A stretch of 64,000 bases of DNA from an uncultured bacterium (GCA_964619725.1 CAZUFC010000005.1:64001-128000), one strand, 5' to 3'. Shown: positions 40,448-51,118, counted from the stretch's first letter. Numbers and translations are program-made. The notes: generated by a model from the letters alone, not told the origin.

Positions 40448-41815
40448 ATGAATAATGAGGGCAGTTACATGGAAACTTCAGAACTTGCACTGGCTGCGGT
40501 CAAGGAAGCTCGCAATAAAGGCGTTAAAAATATGGACGCTTTTATCAAGCGCGATAATAAATTCAATCTTTCAATGAAAGAAGGAAAAGTAATCAACGTC
40601 ACTCAATCCGTATTCCAGGGCATCGGAATCAGAGTAGTCATAGATAAAAAACTGGGCTTCGTTCACTCCACAGACCTCAGAAAATCACGCATTAATGAAC
40701 TGATCGATAAAGCCGTCGAACTCACTTCATTCTCTGAACCCGACCCATACTTGCATTTTCCCCCCATAAAACAAAAATACGATGATTACTCCATACTGGA
40801 CCCTGACTTCTCAAAAATCACCCTTGATCAGAAAAAAGAACTGCTGGTTAAACTGGAAAAATCAGGGCTTAAATTTTCCGATAAGATAAAAAGCGCTGCA
40901 GAAATTCACTACTGGGACGTTTTGACGGAGACTACCATAGCCAATACTTCCAATCGTTCGACCACTTATGTCGGCAGCGTTTACGGTTTCGGAGGCGAAT
41001 TCGTCGCTGAAGAAGACGGCAACCGTAAAACGGGTGAATTCTACTTGCAAAAAAGATTTTTCAAAGACCTGCCGAAACCCGAATGGATCGGCCGAAAAGC
41101 CTCGCTTTACGGATTATGGCTGCTGTCGGGAGAACCGGTGGAGTCGCAAACGGTTCCCGTGGTGTTCGATCCCAACGGCGCAGGACCGGCCCTCATTAGA
41201 TGGGGCATCGGAAACGCTCTTAAAGGAGAAAACGTAAGATTGAATCGATCCTTCCTGGAGAATAAGCTCAATGAAAAAGTCGCCTCTCCGTTGTTTACCC
41301 TGTTGGATGACGGAACGATGGACAAAGGCGTAGGAACGGCTCCTTTCGATGATGAAGGAACTCCAACCCGGAAAACCGTCATGATCGACAAAGGCATTTT
41401 AAAATCATACCTGTTCGACGCTGTTTCTGCCGCCAAAGCAGGAGCCGAATCCACAGGCAACGCTCATAGGGACGAACATAATGCCTTTCCCGAAATCGGG
41501 TACAATAACCTGTACATGGCAAACGGCGATACTACTGTTGCTGATATCATCGGTTCCATCGAAAAAGGATTCTACGTCATCAGCACCATGGGGTTCGGCA
41601 TGGACTCCGTTACCGGCAACTTCTCCGTAGCTGCACAGGGCCGGTGGATAAAAAACGGTCAATTCGATCATGCTGTCTCAGGCATATCACTTACGGGAAA
41701 ACTCTACGACATGCTCAATGACGTCGATGCCGTCGGTGACGATCTCGATTTTACCGATGACGTCTGCAACTGCCCCACTTTTCGTATTAAAAAAATGCAG
41801 ATAAGCGGCATCTGA
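40448..41815 (+). CDS. tldE: TldE/PmbA family subunit
   Basis: GIGIRV, PFDDEG, STGNA, TGNFS; no HExxxH and no signal peptide. Confidence 0.9.
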   Translation: MNNEGSYMETSELALAAVKEARNKGVKNMDAFIKRDNKFNLSMKEGKVINVTQSVFQGIGIRVVIDKKLGFVHSTDLRKSRINELIDKAVELTSFSEPDPYLHFPPIKQKYDDYSILDPDFSKITLDQKKELLVKLEKSGLKFSDKIKSAAEIHYWDVLTETTIANTSNRSTTYVGSVYGFGGEFVAEEDGNRKTGEFYLQKRFFKDLPKPEWIGRKASLYGLWLLSGEPVESQTVPVVFDPNGAGPALIRWGIGNALKGENVRLNRSFLENKLNEKVASPLFTLLDDGTMDKGVGTAPFDDEGTPTRKTVMIDKGILKSYLFDAVSAAKAGAESTGNAHRDEHNAFPEIGYNNLYMANGDTTVADIIGSIEKGFYVISTMGFGMDSVTGNFSVAAQGRWIKNGQFDHAVSGISLTGKLYDMLNDVDAVGDDLDFTDDVCNCPTFRIKKMQISGI

Positions 41816-41887
41816 TTCTATCACATCCCTTAAGTTTCTGAATTATATGCGGCGCTGTTAAAATCCCTCAAACCGGCATCCGTAGAT

Positions 41888-41908
41888 GGGGTCAGAGCTC
41901 TTCCGCAA
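41888..41908 (+). repeat. REP-like repeat copy D (degenerate)
   Basis: GGGGTCAGAGCTCTTCCGCAA preceded by CCGGCATCC. Confidence 0.65.
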
Positions 41909-42154
41909 TATTTGTTTTTCAATAAGCCGCATAAATCGGCCATCGGATTTGTCTGAAGTTCGGGAGTGCAGCAACGGTTGACTGTTTGAAAATTTAAGAT
42001 ATTATCTCTTGATGGAGATGCCAGAAGTCCGGACTAATGAGAATTCGTTGAGACATGCTATGACAGGACCTTAAATCCGGCTGATGACTGATTGTCTTTG
42101 GAGGGGCTCTCTGGTTCATTAAAAACGACTATGGATTGCGAAAGGAAGCCAAGT

Positions 42155-43090
42155 ATGATTAAGTCCTTAAAAAGAAAAGATTTAGTTACGATTCTTGAAT
42201 TGTCGCTTGAAGAATTGAATCATATTCTGGAAACGGCAGCCATGCTGAAAATGCAGAGCAAAATCAACCAGCCGCACCCGTTGCTCACAGGCAAGACTCT
42301 TGCCATGATATTTCAAAAACCTTCTCTCAGGACCCGGGTTTCCTTTGAAGTGGGCATGAATCAAATGGGCGGCAATGCGATTTTTCTCGCCTCGGCGGAC
42401 ATCGATATGGGGAAACGGGAAACGATCGAGGACACGGCGAAGGTTCTTTCCCGGTACGTGGACGGTATAATGGCCCGGGTATACGGACACGAGATCATTG
42501 AGGAGCTGGCTCGTCACGCTGATGTTCCGGTAATAAACGGTCTTTCCGATTTCTCTCATCCCTGCCAGATACTCGGCGATTTGCTGACCATGATGGAAAA
42601 GAAGGAATTCTTAAAGGGACTGAAGGTTGCGTTTGTCGGCGCCGGCAATAATGTGGCTCATTCACTGATGTTTGCGGCGGCAAAAGTGGGATTCAATCTG
42701 AATATAGTATGCCCGGAAGGTTACGATCCGAAAGATCATGCGATTGAGGCAGCGGCGAAAGAGAGCCGGGCAAGCGGAGCGGAGATTCATGTAGTGCATG
42801 TCCCTCAGCAGGGTGTTGAGAATTGCGACGTGATATATACGGATGTCTGGGCTTCAATGGGGGAGGAAAGCGAGCGTGAGGAAAGGGCAAGGATATTCAA
42901 AGAGTTTCAAGTTAACAGGGAGCTGATGGAATATGCGAAGAGCGATGCCGTAGTCATGCATTGTCTGCCGGCGCACTACGGCGAAGAGATTACTCAGGAT
43001 ATAGGTCATGATCCCAGGGCGGTTTTTGTGGATCAGGCTGAAAACAGACTACATGCTCAAAAAGCGGTTATGGCGCTGCTAATGAGTTGA
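42155..43090 (+). CDS. argF: Ornithine carbamoyltransferase
   Basis: KPSLRTRVSF, HPCQ, YTDVWASMG, MHCLP, AENRLH. Confidence 0.95.
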   Translation: MIKSLKRKDLVTILELSLEELNHILETAAMLKMQSKINQPHPLLTGKTLAMIFQKPSLRTRVSFEVGMNQMGGNAIFLASADIDMGKRETIEDTAKVLSRYVDGIMARVYGHEIIEELARHADVPVINGLSDFSHPCQILGDLLTMMEKKEFLKGLKVAFVGAGNNVAHSLMFAAAKVGFNLNIVCPEGYDPKDHAIEAAAKESRASGAEIHVVHVPQQGVENCDVIYTDVWASMGEESEREERARIFKEFQVNRELMEYAKSDAVVMHCLPAHYGEEITQDIGHDPRAVFVDQAENRLHAQKAVMALLMS

Positions 43091-43180
43091 AGTTATTCGT
43101 TGCATGAGCGATTAGGCGAAAATGCAGTGGAGAAGGCCGCACCGGGAACTCTAAACATTTATCAGATAAAGGAGAATAAA

Positions 43181-44707
43181 ATGAAGTATACTCGAATACT
43201 TTTGTTTTTTGTTTTAGTTGTCCTCGGCGCGACGGCGCAGGCTTCTGATTGGGAAATTGAAACGGTCGACTTGACGGGATTGATCCCCTGGAATTACAGC
43301 GACATGGTTTTTACTTCCGACGGGTATCCGCATATCGTTTTTCAGGCCCTGACGCAGTTGATATCCTTTCCTTATTATATGGAAAAAACATGTGACGGGT
43401 GGGAAGTTCCGCCGCAAAGACTGGATGATGGTCCTGAAACAGGGGCCTGGACGACCATGACCGTCGAAGATGATGGCGATATTCATGTCGCCTGGCAGAA
43501 TATTCAATTAAGGGAATTACGTTATGCTTCCGAGGATTCGGGGTGGGACATTCATCCGTTTGAGGATTTCAATGACGAAGGAAATTTCAATCATATTTTT
43601 ATGCGACAGAACGATCAGCCCGAAATTATTTATGCGGACACCTCCAATTATCAGATTGAAATAGTAAGACAGAATATTACCGGCGTATGGGGAGAAGAAG
43701 AAGTCATCAGGAACACGCCGGTCCTTGCCATTGTAAAAGACTTTTCCGTCCTTAAATACGGCGAGCAAAATTATGGATTCGCTTATGCGACTTACCAGAG
43801 TCCGGACCTGAACGTTTATTACGCCCTGAACGATGATGAAGAAGAGCTCGTTTACAGTCGCTCCGAAAACGGTTCGCTTTTTATAAAACTCCTGGGCGAT
43901 GCGCAAAATCCCATAATACTTTACCTTCTGGATGGAGCTCTTTTCTTCGCTTACAGAACTGCAAGTTGGACGGTTGAACCGATAATGGACGACTTACAGA
44001 ATAAAGCCTTCGATGCCGCTCTCGATCCCAACGGAAATATCTGGTTTGCGGCGATCGACTTATCTGGCGCTCTCATAGTCGGCCGCGGCGATCAGAACGG
44101 ATGGAGCTCAGAAACAGTGGACGCTGGAAGCCAGTATAAACTTCCTGCCATGCAGATACTCGGCGACCTAACCATAGCCGTTTCCTACTTCAATCCTTCA
44201 GGTCCCTCAATGAAATACGCCACATCTCAGGTAAGCGTTCCGACACCTACCGTCACAGCTTCTCCCGTCATCACTCCAACTCCCTCCACACCGACCGTCT
44301 CCCCGGAAATTTCCCCCTCGCCCACGCCCGATCAGAACCTTCCTCAAGTCACGTTGGAATTAAACCAGTCCGTTTTCTATCCAGGCGATATGTTTAATCT
44401 GCAGGCCAGAATCGTTAATTCCACCAGCATAGTCTATTATGTCGACCTCTTTGCCATGCTGGAAGTCTACGGCCTCTACTTCTTCTGGCCCGAATGGAAC
44501 CAGGCGAATATTGGATGTCAGTCTCACATTCACCTTTCCCCACAGCAGTTTAAAAAGTTTCAGATACTCAAATTTACCTGGCCCGATGATTCCGGCTCAG
44601 GCGCAGCGACTTTCTACGCCGCCGTTATGGGCAGCGAATCGCCGGAAGATTGTGAAACCGAAGCATTTTACGATATGGATTCTGTAACCTTCTCCTGGGA
44701 TGACTAA
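43181..44707 (+). CDS. Secreted beta-propeller-like protein with PT linker and shared C-terminal domain (copy 5, ~44339-44707)
   Basis: AAGGAG RBS; signal peptide; W..ETVD / DG.[PI]H[IV] repeats; MLEVYGLYFFWP..FTWPDDSG..TFSWDD-stop. Confidence 0.8.
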   Translation: MKYTRILLFFVLVVLGATAQASDWEIETVDLTGLIPWNYSDMVFTSDGYPHIVFQALTQLISFPYYMEKTCDGWEVPPQRLDDGPETGAWTTMTVEDDGDIHVAWQNIQLRELRYASEDSGWDIHPFEDFNDEGNFNHIFMRQNDQPEIIYADTSNYQIEIVRQNITGVWGEEEVIRNTPVLAIVKDFSVLKYGEQNYGFAYATYQSPDLNVYYALNDDEEELVYSRSENGSLFIKLLGDAQNPIILYLLDGALFFAYRTASWTVEPIMDDLQNKAFDAALDPNGNIWFAAIDLSGALIVGRGDQNGWSSETVDAGSQYKLPAMQILGDLTIAVSYFNPSGPSMKYATSQVSVPTPTVTASPVITPTPSTPTVSPEISPSPTPDQNLPQVTLELNQSVFYPGDMFNLQARIVNSTSIVYYVDLFAMLEVYGLYFFWPEWNQANIGCQSHIHLSPQQFKKFQILKFTWPDDSGSGAATFYAAVMGSESPEDCETEAFYDMDSVTFSWDD

Positions 44708-45176
44708 TCCCGAAACATTATTTCCCGGATTCAGCGTTCTTCAAAAATTCAACAAAATGAACAGAAGAACAGGTGTCCGGCATCCTGCCGTTTCCTCCGA
44801 ACCGTTAGCCCGGATTTCTCATACAAAATCGCAGTGAGAGCGTTCAGATTCCCGCAGGTAAACGGATAATTCGCCGTTTATGGACAGGCGCTCGCTAGTT
44901 TATGGATCAGAGAATAGCAACGCCCGTCCGTTCTTGAATATTGAGTCAAAAATGACTTTTCGGAAGGACGCTCTTCATTTTTTCTCGGATCGTATAGATA
45001 CAGGAATGACTGCAGTGCTGTCCCGCTTTGATTTTTCGAATTTTTTGTATTATAATTTAATAGATTAGAATACTGCGAATTAAAGCGTTGCAGCGACTCG
45101 ACAGCTAATGTTGGAATTTTGAGCAGAACGCCGCAGTTTAAATTTGTCCGAATTTTATTTATAGGAGGCTCTGGAC

Positions 45177-47033
45177 ATGAAGAGACGCGTTTCGGCAATG
45201 ATTTTTCTGAGCGTATTATGGGGAATGACTGAGGCAAGGGCTTCGGTGCCCCATCAAATTAACTATCAGGGGCATGTGACCGACGATCAAGGGACGCCCT
45301 TGACGGGGAGTTATCAGTTTATTTTCAGGATTTTCGATTTGGAGACAGGAGGATTGCCTTTGTGGATGGAGTCTCATGAAAATGTAGCGGTCAGATCAGG
45401 ATTATTCAATGTGATTTTAGGGGCCATTTTTCCCTTGAATCTGGATTTTGACGAGACTTATTGGCTGGAGATCAAATTTGAGGGCGAGGTGATGTCGCCG
45501 AGGCTCAAGATGACGAGTACTGGACAGGCATACCATTCAGAGATATCAGAAGACGTATATGATTATGACGTGCATCCCCGGAGCGTTGCTGTAACGGGGT
45601 ATGGAGAGGTGATAAATGAAAGCGGTGAATGGGTCGGGAGTCCGACAGGTTTGACCGGACCGACAGGACCGTCGGGTCCGACAGGACCAATGGGGCCGGA
45701 TGGACAGATCGGAGCTACAGGACCGAGAGGTCCGAGCGGTCCCGGGGGGCCATCAGGTCCTATGGGTCCGCATGGCCAAACCGGGGCTACCGGACCGGCA
45801 GGCGCTTCGGGACCGTCAGGACCGTCGGGTCCGATGGGGCCGTTCGGGCAAACCGGCGCAACCGGTCCTACCGGCCCCGTGGGGCCTAGCGGTCCGAGCG
45901 GACCGATGGGACCATTCGGTCAGCCTGGCGCTGCCGGACCTTCAGGTCCTTCGGGACCGACAGGACCCGGAGGACCCTCCGGACCACAGGGTTCGTTTTC
46001 ATGCGGAGTTGAAGAAAACTGCGCATCATCTTATCCGGGAGCCTGGGTGACAAATTCGTCCGGGCATGGCGCCTGGTTTGAATATACGGCCGGCGGCGAC
46101 GGCGTTGGGATGATCGGCAAGAGTTCCTACAGGGGCATTGAAGGACAAAACAACAATGGTAATTTCGGATATATCGGCAGCGGAAGTAATGGAGTGTTCG
46201 GTTATGCCGCCGGAATGGGAAACCAGGCTGTCTACGGCGAAAATTCTGTCGGGACCTACGGGCTGCTGGGCGGCGGTATGCGCGGAGTCGAAGGCGGCAG
46301 GTCTTCAGGTTATCCCTGGGGTTATATCGGCAGCAGCGCCAGAGGCGCTGAATTCGTCGACGGTCCTCAAAAAGGCGTTATTATGGCCTACAGCGCCAGG
46401 GCCCTGCAGGCCTCGCAGGGTTCCGACAACTGGGCTGCTCTAGCCGATGCCGGCGGAAATGCTCTTTATGCTGAAACTGCCGATCCCGAAGGTTATGCCG
46501 CTAATATTAGAAATGAGGGTGGGGCAGGCTCTCCCGCATTATACCTCAACGGCTACGGTTACGGTCATTCTTGGCTCTCCTACGGCAAACATTTCGCCGT
46601 TGTTGTAAATACTGATCAAGGCCGCAATTTGCTCTTTTCCATTACAAGTCCCCACAACGAAATACAAACTTCCGGGCAGGGCAGAATGCAAAACGGCAAA
46701 GCGATTATCAAATTCGACCCTGAATTTTCAGAATTATTGTCCGATAATCACAACATGAGAGTCATCGTCACTCCCCAGGAACAATGCAACGGACTCTTTG
46801 TCGCTCATAAGTCCAGCAAGGGCTTTATCGTTGAAGAATTATTGAATGGAAAATCCGATGCAGCCTTCGACTGGATCGCCATCGCCAGAAGAAAAGGTTA
46901 TGAAGACCATAAAATAGAACAATACTTCCCTCTGCAAAACAAACCCGGAGCTCTCTCTCCATCGCAAAACACCGATCCGGGATATTGCCGCACCGATTCC
47001 GTGAGTTCAAAGGTCGCCTTCACCCGGAAATAA
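45177..47033 (+). CDS. Secreted collagen-like fibre protein
   Basis: Signal peptide; [10 protein letters not shown]-domain; 38 uninterrupted G-X-Y triplets (45648-45989); Gly-rich beta region; C-terminal domain ending [13 protein letters not shown]. Confidence 0.85.
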   Translation: MKRRVSAMIFLSVLWGMTEARASVPHQINYQGHVTDDQGTPLTGSYQFIFRIFDLETGGLPLWMESHENVAVRSGLFNVILGAIFPLNLDFDETYWLEIKFEGEVMSPRLKMTSTGQAYHSEISEDVYDYDVHPRSVAVTGYGEVINESGEWVGSPTGLTGPTGPSGPTGPMGPDGQIGATGPRGPSGPGGPSGPMGPHGQTGATGPAGASGPSGPSGPMGPFGQTGATGPTGPVGPSGPSGPMGPFGQPGAAGPSGPSGPTGPGGPSGPQGSFSCGVEENCASSYPGAWVTNSSGHGAWFEYTAGGDGVGMIGKSSYRGIEGQNNNGNFGYIGSGSNGVFGYAAGMGNQAVYGENSVGTYGLLGGGMRGVEGGRSSGYPWGYIGSSARGAEFVDGPQKGVIMAYSARALQASQGSDNWAALADAGGNALYAETADPEGYAANIRNEGGAGSPALYLNGYGYGHSWLSYGKHFAVVVNTDQGRNLLFSITSPHNEIQTSGQGRMQNGKAIIKFDPEFSELLSDNHNMRVIVTPQEQCNGLFVAHKSSKGFIVEELLNGKSDAAFDWIAIARRKGYEDHKIEQYFPLQNKPGALSPSQNTDPGYCRTDSVSSKVAFTRK

Positions 47034-47695
47034 CATCTAAAAAAAGAACCCGGACAGACAATGGGAAGTTTTCGTCTGACCGGGTTCGAGAAGGGGAGTT
47101 TTTTGAATCACTCCTGCCGGCAGGTTGGGTAACTGAAGATCGATCGGAGTTCCTGCTCACTCTCGATACCATTCTTGACATTACCGCCATTATGAAAGCA
47201 AATTCCAGGCCAAAATTTTAGAAAAACAGTTCATCGTATTTTATTGTATATATTGTTTTTTTTGATTATGTCCCAGATGACATGCTGTAACGGATTGAGT
47301 TACTTGCTGCCGCTGTTCGCTGGGCTTTATGAACCGGATGACAGGGAAAGGGCCGGCATTTTATCCTTTCAGGTTTTGAAAATAAAAACGTCTGGTCTAA
47401 AATGACGCCCTAAAAAAATGTAATATGTTTCATTACACTCAGAAAGCCTATTCTTGATGGAAAAATCCTCCTCTGCAAAGTCGCTGTCGGTTGGTCGCCT
47501 TGAAAACGACTGTTTTCTTCATTAGAATTATTCGTGTGTTAGAAAGGCGGCAGAAAGTCTGGGAATTCCAGGCTTTTACCGGCTTCCAGTTTATATCAAA
47601 AGTGAAATAATACTGTTTAAGGTGATTGGATAAGTCGGATTCATTCCGCAGGGCCGGGTTAATGAGCGTAATGAGACTGAAATCCAGGGGGGGCA

Positions 47696-50650
47696 GTGAT
47701 GAAAAACAAAAAGAAGAGTCGATTTATCATTTTTAGCGCCATTTTTTTATTTTTTTCGTTTGTCGTCCAGGCGGCGCCTGAGGGAGTCGGTCATTCAACG
47801 GAAAAGTGTTTGCAGGGAAGCGCTTCGATATCTCTGCTGCCGTTAAGGATAAGGCTCCAGAATAATTTATCGACCTGCAGAACAGACGAACCAGTCACTT
47901 TCGGGGTGCCTCTGGGTTATTTTGAGGATATCAGGGACCTTGATTCTTTGGATTTGAAATGCAACGGAGTAAGCGTCCCTGTTCAAAAAAGAGCGACGGC
48001 TCGGTGGGCGGGAAGTCCGAACGACGGCGCTCGGCCCTTGCAATGGCTGTTGCTTGATTTTCAGGCTTCGATTCCAGCGGGTGAATATAAGGATTATATC
48101 CTCTGTTCAGCTCCTTCGTCGTCATATGACAGCCCGCTTCAGATAATAGCGGATACGGCGGAGTCGTTCGCTGTGGATACGGGAGCGGCCGTATTCAGGC
48201 TTTCCAAACAGAATTTTAAGCTGTTCGATCAAGTGATTTTGGCAGAGGGGAAGACATACGGCCCCTGTGAAGGCATTAGATTCGGGGATTTCCAAACCGG
48301 CGCGGTTGAATTGAGGGTTGAGGAGCAGGGGAAGGAGCGGATTGGAATAAGCATAAAGGGAACACTGAGCAATGGTCTGGAGTATACGTTGAAGTTGGAT
48401 TTCTACAAGGGGAAATCATATGTTCGGGGTCGTTTTCGTCTGGAAAATTTAAATACAATTCAGACGGACGGCGGCGGACAACCTCAATGTAATGATTACG
48501 GATCATCGGGAAGCGCAAGTTTCGATGATTTGAGCCTGGTGATAGCCGGGAACGGGGCATCCCTGTGTCTGGTTCCGGCGGGTGAAAACGGTGCAGCGGG
48601 GACGACATCTTTGAATTTCGTATCGGAAGTGAGCGTGGTGCAGGAGTCGAGCGGCAGATCAGGATGGGACCATCTTTTAACGGAGCATCCCCGGATGCAG
48701 TCAGGGACTTCGAAGCGATCGTCGACGATAAGGATAGATGGGATTGAAGGCGATGGTCCAGGGCGTTTCGGCGGATGGCTGGATGCTTACGGAGTCACTA
48801 TAGCTGTTAAGGATTGTTCGGAAAACTTTCCGAAGGCGTTTCGAGCTTCAGACGACAATCTGGAACTGGGGCTGTTTCCCGGGGAATACAGCATGGATCA
48901 TGAGTTTCGCGCCGGTGAATTCAAGACTCATTCATTCTTGATTTATTATCATGAGGATGATCAAGCAGACCAGTGTGAAACCGCGAATGCATTTCTCAAA
49001 CCGTTGAAGCCGGAAATTGCGGCGGATTATTTAATGGAAACGCGGTCGCTGGGATTAATGGCTCCGAGACGCCAGGAAGATTCCATGACGCAGGACTATG
49101 AGGATTATATTGATTATATGCTGGAGCCTTCGCCTGATTGGAGCGGCGAGGAATATCCCTGGCCGACGCTTCTTGCGAGCATAAACAATTTTAATCATTA
49201 TGGCTATGTGGATTACGGCGATGTCCCTACAGATTTCGAATGTTGGTCTGAAACAGCAGCGGCTCCCTACAACCTGAAGTATGATGCTTTAAAAGGAATG
49301 TACTTCGCCTGGTTAAGAACAAATGATCCTGCTTGGGGTCGTCTGGCCGAGGCGGGGGTAGTTCACTATGCTGATTTTGATATACTGCATTCGGAGGTCA
49401 GAGGCAAACATGCGGACCGATTGTGGTTTCAGGGCGGCGCTTACGGGCATGGGTATCATGATGAGCGAGGCAATGCGAATCCTCATAGAAATTATATGAA
49501 TCCGCATCCCTCCATGTCATTCGCCGTGCCGGGCATGATACTCCATTATTTTCTGACCGGCGATTCGCTTGTCGGGGACGCTGCGCTCGAGTTAGCCGAG
49601 AATATGTACTGGCGGATTACCCATTCGGGATACTGGGAATCCGGGCCCTGCGGATCAATATTAAGAGACTGCGATCCTGAAGCGGACGAATGTCACGGCT
49701 GGTCCGAATTCTTCTGGGGGAGACTGGGAGGCAATGCCTTTAAATCTTTTCTTTCCGCATATATGACGACCGGCGATGACGACTACATCGAAATACTGGA
49801 AAGATGCTGCGAATACATGGTCTGCTGCGATACTCAAGTCGATTCCATCAACGATTGCGACAGGTATCATTTTAAATGCACATTCCTCAGTTACCTTTGC
49901 GAATACATACTTTACAGGAGACTCACAGGATATCCCGACGACGATAACGCCCTCTATGTCCTGGGCTCCAGTATCGATTACATGATCAACGTTCTATGGG
50001 ACCACGATGCCGAACAGTTCCGGATGTGTTACGAAACAGCGGAATTATACGATTTTCACGATAACTGGCTGGTTGCCGTCGCGGACGTCTTGGCCGGAGC
50101 AGCCCTTATTTTCAATGACGAAACCATTTTTACGGATTATGCCGTTCCCGTTTTCCTGGATGGAACCGCCAATCCCTTCTGCCCCGGATGCGATTTCTCC
50201 TATAATTCCGCCAAGGAGTTCGTCAATGGAGTCGGATTCGGACATGTTTTCCTATACGCGTATGATTATTACTCTCCGCCGGCCTTCACGGGCGTGCGTC
50301 TGGAAATGCCGTCAACCCAATTTTCACCGGGAGACCAGTGCTGGTTGAATGCCGTGCTGTCCAACGAAGGACCGGAATTGAACGACGTTCCGCTCTTCGT
50401 TATTCTCGATGTCTTCGGAGAATACTGGTTCTGGAACGACTGGAAGCAGGAACCCGATTACGGACGAGTCGATCTGCCCGCAGGCGCCTCCGTCACTATA
50501 ACCATAATCGACCCGTTTCAATGGCCTGACACGGGTTCGGACGAACTTGACGGCATTGTTTTCTGGAGCGGTATGACCGATCAGGACCTGTCGGAAATAC
50601 TGGGCGGCATCGAAGGTATCGGTTCCTGGGAATTCGGATACGGACCTTGA
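47696..50650 (+). CDS. Large secreted protein resembling exo-rhamnogalacturonan lyase/YetA (RIFT barrel plus alpha-toroid) with shared C-terminal domain (copy 6, ~50285-50650)
   Basis: EPVTFGVPL, WLLLDF, VDTGAAVF, YGYVDYGD, H..DFD..H; ILDVFGEYWFW..FQWPDTG..EFGYGP-stop. Confidence 0.65.
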   Translation: MMKNKKKSRFIIFSAIFLFFSFVVQAAPEGVGHSTEKCLQGSASISLLPLRIRLQNNLSTCRTDEPVTFGVPLGYFEDIRDLDSLDLKCNGVSVPVQKRATARWAGSPNDGARPLQWLLLDFQASIPAGEYKDYILCSAPSSSYDSPLQIIADTAESFAVDTGAAVFRLSKQNFKLFDQVILAEGKTYGPCEGIRFGDFQTGAVELRVEEQGKERIGISIKGTLSNGLEYTLKLDFYKGKSYVRGRFRLENLNTIQTDGGGQPQCNDYGSSGSASFDDLSLVIAGNGASLCLVPAGENGAAGTTSLNFVSEVSVVQESSGRSGWDHLLTEHPRMQSGTSKRSSTIRIDGIEGDGPGRFGGWLDAYGVTIAVKDCSENFPKAFRASDDNLELGLFPGEYSMDHEFRAGEFKTHSFLIYYHEDDQADQCETANAFLKPLKPEIAADYLMETRSLGLMAPRRQEDSMTQDYEDYIDYMLEPSPDWSGEEYPWPTLLASINNFNHYGYVDYGDVPTDFECWSETAAAPYNLKYDALKGMYFAWLRTNDPAWGRLAEAGVVHYADFDILHSEVRGKHADRLWFQGGAYGHGYHDERGNANPHRNYMNPHPSMSFAVPGMILHYFLTGDSLVGDAALELAENMYWRITHSGYWESGPCGSILRDCDPEADECHGWSEFFWGRLGGNAFKSFLSAYMTTGDDDYIEILERCCEYMVCCDTQVDSINDCDRYHFKCTFLSYLCEYILYRRLTGYPDDDNALYVLGSSIDYMINVLWDHDAEQFRMCYETAELYDFHDNWLVAVADVLAGAALIFNDETIFTDYAVPVFLDGTANPFCPGCDFSYNSAKEFVNGVGFGHVFLYAYDYYSPPAFTGVRLEMPSTQFSPGDQCWLNAVLSNEGPELNDVPLFVILDVFGEYWFWNDWKQEPDYGRVDLPAGASVTITIIDPFQWPDTGSDELDGIVFWSGMTDQDLSEILGGIEGIGSWEFGYGP

Positions 50651-50701
50651 ATTTAATTCAATTACATCATCACTTGAATAAATAATCAGGAGGATAACCT
50701 T

Positions 50702-51118
50702 ATGAGGAACGAATTGATAGCAGCCGTCCTCGGATTGCAGGTCATCATCTTCATCGTGCTTGTGATTTTCTGGAATCAGATGAAAAATTTCCTGTCCTTA
50801 ATGCCGGCCATTAAAAACCAGAAAGACATGAATCGCTTCAAAAGCATAGTCAAAAGACAGATGTACGCAGCGCTCATCTTCCCCGCATTTTCCGTCATCA
50901 TGATACTTATCTTCCTTTACGGGGTGAAATCCGGGGCGCTCGCCGCTGGAGACCTCGTCTACATAATAATTCCTTCCGTCCTACTTCTTCTTTTCTCAAA
51001 ATTTATTAAACAAACTGAAATGAAACTCAGAAACATTAAAACCGATGATCCGAACCTGAAAAAAGAACGGGACCGCGTGGTCAGCGTCTGGATCGGTAAA
51101 GCCTTTCCGGATTGGTAG
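50702..51118 (+). CDS. Small membrane protein
   Basis: AGGAGG RBS; three hydrophobic segments. Confidence 0.7.
   Translation: MRNELIAAVLGLQVIIFIVLVIFWNQMKNFLSLMPAIKNQKDMNRFKSIVKRQMYAALIFPAFSVIMILIFLYGVKSGALAAGDLVYIIIPSVLLLLFSKFIKQTEMKLRNIKTDDPNLKKERDRVVSVWIGKAFPDW

Noticed and set aside
19945-41815. RiPP cluster built from TldD/E and the ATP-grasp ligase
   Set aside because: The genes are ~7-8 kb apart with unrelated genes between them, and no precursor peptide, YcaO or exporter is seen.
41950-42150. Riboswitch or T-box upstream of argF
   Set aside because: No recognisable conserved aptamer, T-box motif or terminator; an Rfam scan would be needed.
45177-47033. Prophage tail-fibre locus
   Set aside because: The protein has a Sec signal peptide and no phage structural, integrase or lysis genes are nearby.
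656-50650. Shared C-terminal domains as DGR variable regions or canonical T9SS CTDs
   Set aside because: The copies are highly diverged with no near-identical template repeat or reverse transcriptase. They lack the T9SS YPNP / G.Y / K..K pattern and are longer.
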